A DNA stretch of 63,967 nt, counting the filler, from Squatina squatina (lineage: Eukaryota), in assembly GCA_031763465.1 (NCBI GenBank). It is 4 parts of 4 records of this genome, joined end to end, with 100 filler letters (N's around TTAATTAATTAA, not from the genome) between each part and the next. Parts side by side here need not be neighbours in the genome. Positions count along the whole stretch, not along the records: positions 52,185 to 63,967 come from JARFOE010114973.1; 3 more parts are not named here. One strand, written 5' to 3'. The position numbers and the translations under genes were made by a program. The first letter of the stretch is position 1. Each line of letters opens with the position of its first letter. Shown piece by piece: positions 61,485 through 63,967 of the stretch. Under the pieces are notes generated by a model. The model worked only from the letters and a program-made list of their open reading frames with translations. It searched no databases and was not told the origin of the DNA.

Positions 61485-63850
61485 AAAAAAATTTGCTCCT
61501 GGGATGTGTGCATCACTGGCAAGGCCGGCATTTATTGCCAATCCCTAATTGCCCTCAAGAAGATGTTGGTGAGCTGCCTTCTTGAACCTCTGCAGTCTGT
61601 GTGGTGAAAGTACTCCCAGAGTGCAGTTAGGGAGGGAGTTCCATGATTTTGGCCCAGTGACGATGAAGGAACGGCGATATATTTCCAAGTCAGGATGGTG
61701 TGTGACTTGGAGGGGAACTTACAGGTGATGGTGTTCCCATGCACCTGCTGCCTTTGTCCTTCTAGGTGGCAGAGGTCTTGGGTTTGGGAGGTGCTGCCGA
61801 AGAAGTCTTGGCGAGTTGCTATAGTGCATGTTGTAGATGGTACACACTGCAGCCGCAGTTCGCCGGTGGTAGAGGGAGTGAATGTTTGAGGCGGTAGATG
61901 GGGTGCCAATCAAGCGGGCTAACTTGTCCTGGATGGAGTTGAGCTTCTTGAGTGCTGTTGGAGCTGCACTCACCCAGGCAAGTGGAGAGTATTCCATCAC
62001 ACTCCTGACTTGTGCCTTGTAGATGGTGGAAAGGCTTTAGGGAGTCAAGAGGTGAGACGCTCACCGCAGAATACCCAGCCTCTGACCTGCTCTTGTGGCC
62101 ACAGTATTCATGTGGCTGGTTCAGTTAAGTTTCTGGTCAATGCTGACCCCCAGGATATTGATAGTGTCGAATTCGGTGATGGTAATGCTATTGAATATCA
62201 AGGGGCAGTGGTTAGACTCTCGCTTGTTGGAGATGGTCATTGCCTGGCACTTTTGTGGTGTGAATGTTACTTGCCACTTATCAGCCCAAGCCTGAATGTC
62301 GTCCAGGTCTTGCTGCAAGTGGGCATGGACTACTTCATTTTCTGAGGAGTTGTGAATGGCATTGAACACTGTGCAGTCATCAGCGAACATCCCCACTTCT
62401 GACCGTATGATGGAGGGAAGGCCTGAGGAACTCCTGCAGTGATGTCCTGGGGCTGTGACGATCGACCTCTAACAACCACAGCCATCTTCCTTTGTGCTCG
62501 GTATGACTCCAGCCAGTGGAGAGCTTTCCCCCGATTCCCACTGGCTTCAGTTTTGCTCGGGCTCCTTGATGCCACATTCAGTCAAATGCTGCCTTGATGT
62601 CAAGGACAGTCACTCTCACCTCACCTCTGGAATTCAGCTCTTTTGTCCATGTTTGGATCAAGGCTGTAATCAGGTCTGCAGCCGATTGGTCATGGCAGAA
62701 CCCAAACTGGGCACTGGTGAGCAGGTTATTGGTGAGTAAGTGTTGCTTGATAGCACTGTCGATGACACCTTTCATCACCTTGCTGATGATTGAGAGCAGA
62801 ATGATGGGGCGGTAATTGTCCAGATTCGATTTGTCCTGCTTTTTGTGGAAAGGATATACCTGGGCAGTTTTCCACATTGTTGGTTCGAGGCACGGCTAGT
62901 TTTGGAGCACAAGTCTTCAGCATGACAGCCGGGATGTTGTCAAGGCCCATTGTCGTTGCTGTGGCTGTATCCAGTGCGCTCAGCCGTTTCTTGATATCAC
63001 GTGCAGTGAATCGAATTGGCTGTACATTGGCTTCTGTGATGGTGGAGACCTCAGGAGGAGGCCAATATGTATCATCCACTCGACACTTCTGGCTGAAGAT
63101 GGTTGCAAATGCTTCAGCCTTGTCTTTTGCACTCAAGTGCTGGGCTCCACCATCGTTGAAGATGGGAATATTCATGGAGCCTTCTCCTCCCATTAATTAT
63201 TTAATAGTCCACCACCATTCACGACAGGATGTGGCAGGACTGCAGAGCTTTGATTTGATCTGTTGATTGTGGGATTGCTTAGCCCTGTCGATAGCATGCT
63301 GCTTCCGCTTTTTAGTATGCATGTAGTCGTGTGTTACAACTTCCCCAGGTTGGCACCTCATTTTTAAGTTCACCTGGTGCTGCTTCTGGCATGCTCTTCT
63401 ACACTCCTTATTGAACCAGGGTTGGTCCCCTATCATGATGGTAATGGTAGAGTGAGGGATATGCTGGACCATGAGGTTACAGATTGTGGTGGAATACAAT
63501 TCTGCCGCCCACAGTGCCTCATAAATGCCCAGTTTTGAGCTGCGAGATCTGTTCTGAACCTATCCCATTTAGCACGGTGGTAGTGCCACATAACACTGTC
63601 CTCAGTGTGAAGACAAGACTTTGTCTCCACAATGACCGTGCGGTGGTCACTGCTACCAATGCTGTCATGGACAGATGTATCTGCGACAGGCAGATTGGTG
63701 AGGAGGAGGTTAAGTAGGTTTTTCTCTCCTGTAGGTTCTCTCACCACCTGCTGCATGCCCAGTCTGGCAGCTATGTCCTTCAAGGCTCAGCCAGCTCGGT
63801 CAGTAGTGGTGCTACCGAGCCGCTCTTTGTAATGAACTTCGAAGCCCCCC
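61485..63850 (-). mobile_element. CR1-group (Zenon-like) LINE, EN-RT ORF with stops, frameshifts and deletions
   Basis: IGSSDHRTV (APE), NYRPIILLSIISKVM, LDIKAAFD, MFADDCT, MEYSPLAW; the QGSVLGP motif is deleted near 62420. Confidence 0.9.
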
Positions 63851-63864
63851 ACCCAGAGTACCTC

Positions 63865-63967
63865 TCTAACCAGCAACGCGACCCCACCTGCTTTTCCTTT
63901 CTGTCTATCCTTCCTGAATATTGAATACCCCTGGATGTTGAGCTCCCAGCCTTGGTCACCCTGGAGC
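63865..63967 (-). mobile_element. CR1 endonuclease-region fragment at the window edge
   Basis: LQGDQGWELNIQGYSIFRKDRQKGKAGGVALLVRE. Confidence 0.75.

Overview
Eukaryotic DNA, most likely from a cartilaginous fish (inferred from the CR1/L2/Penelope/Harbinger-MITE/tRNA-SINE repertoire). Four unrelated, gappy scaffolds are concatenated with an artificial N44-TTAATTAATTAA-N44 linker: 1-13586, 13687-33081, 33182-52084 and 52185-63967. Scaffold 1 is a mosaic of satellites (60, ~37/21, 36 and ~44 bp units), LINE debris, a probable solo LTR and two decayed tRNA-Arg relics in a duplicated macro-unit. Scaffold 2 carries minus-strand exons of two tandem gel-forming mucin units (VWD/C8/TIL/VWC/CK). The CK exon of the first runs on past an RAKR furin motif without a visible stop, towards the D1 exon of the second. 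Scaffold 3 is a patchwork of short contigs with a GALNT15 exon, a C1r/C1s/MASP-type CCP exon and orphan exon candidates. Scaffold 4 has three paralogous symmetric phase-1 Ser/Thr/Pro-rich exons of an unidentified gene among LINEs. Most ORFs in the supplied track are spurious. There is no prokaryotic-type system or CRISPR array. Exon coordinates were read from GT/AG boundaries by eye; repeat boundaries are approximate; family assignments come from recalled motifs, not database searches.
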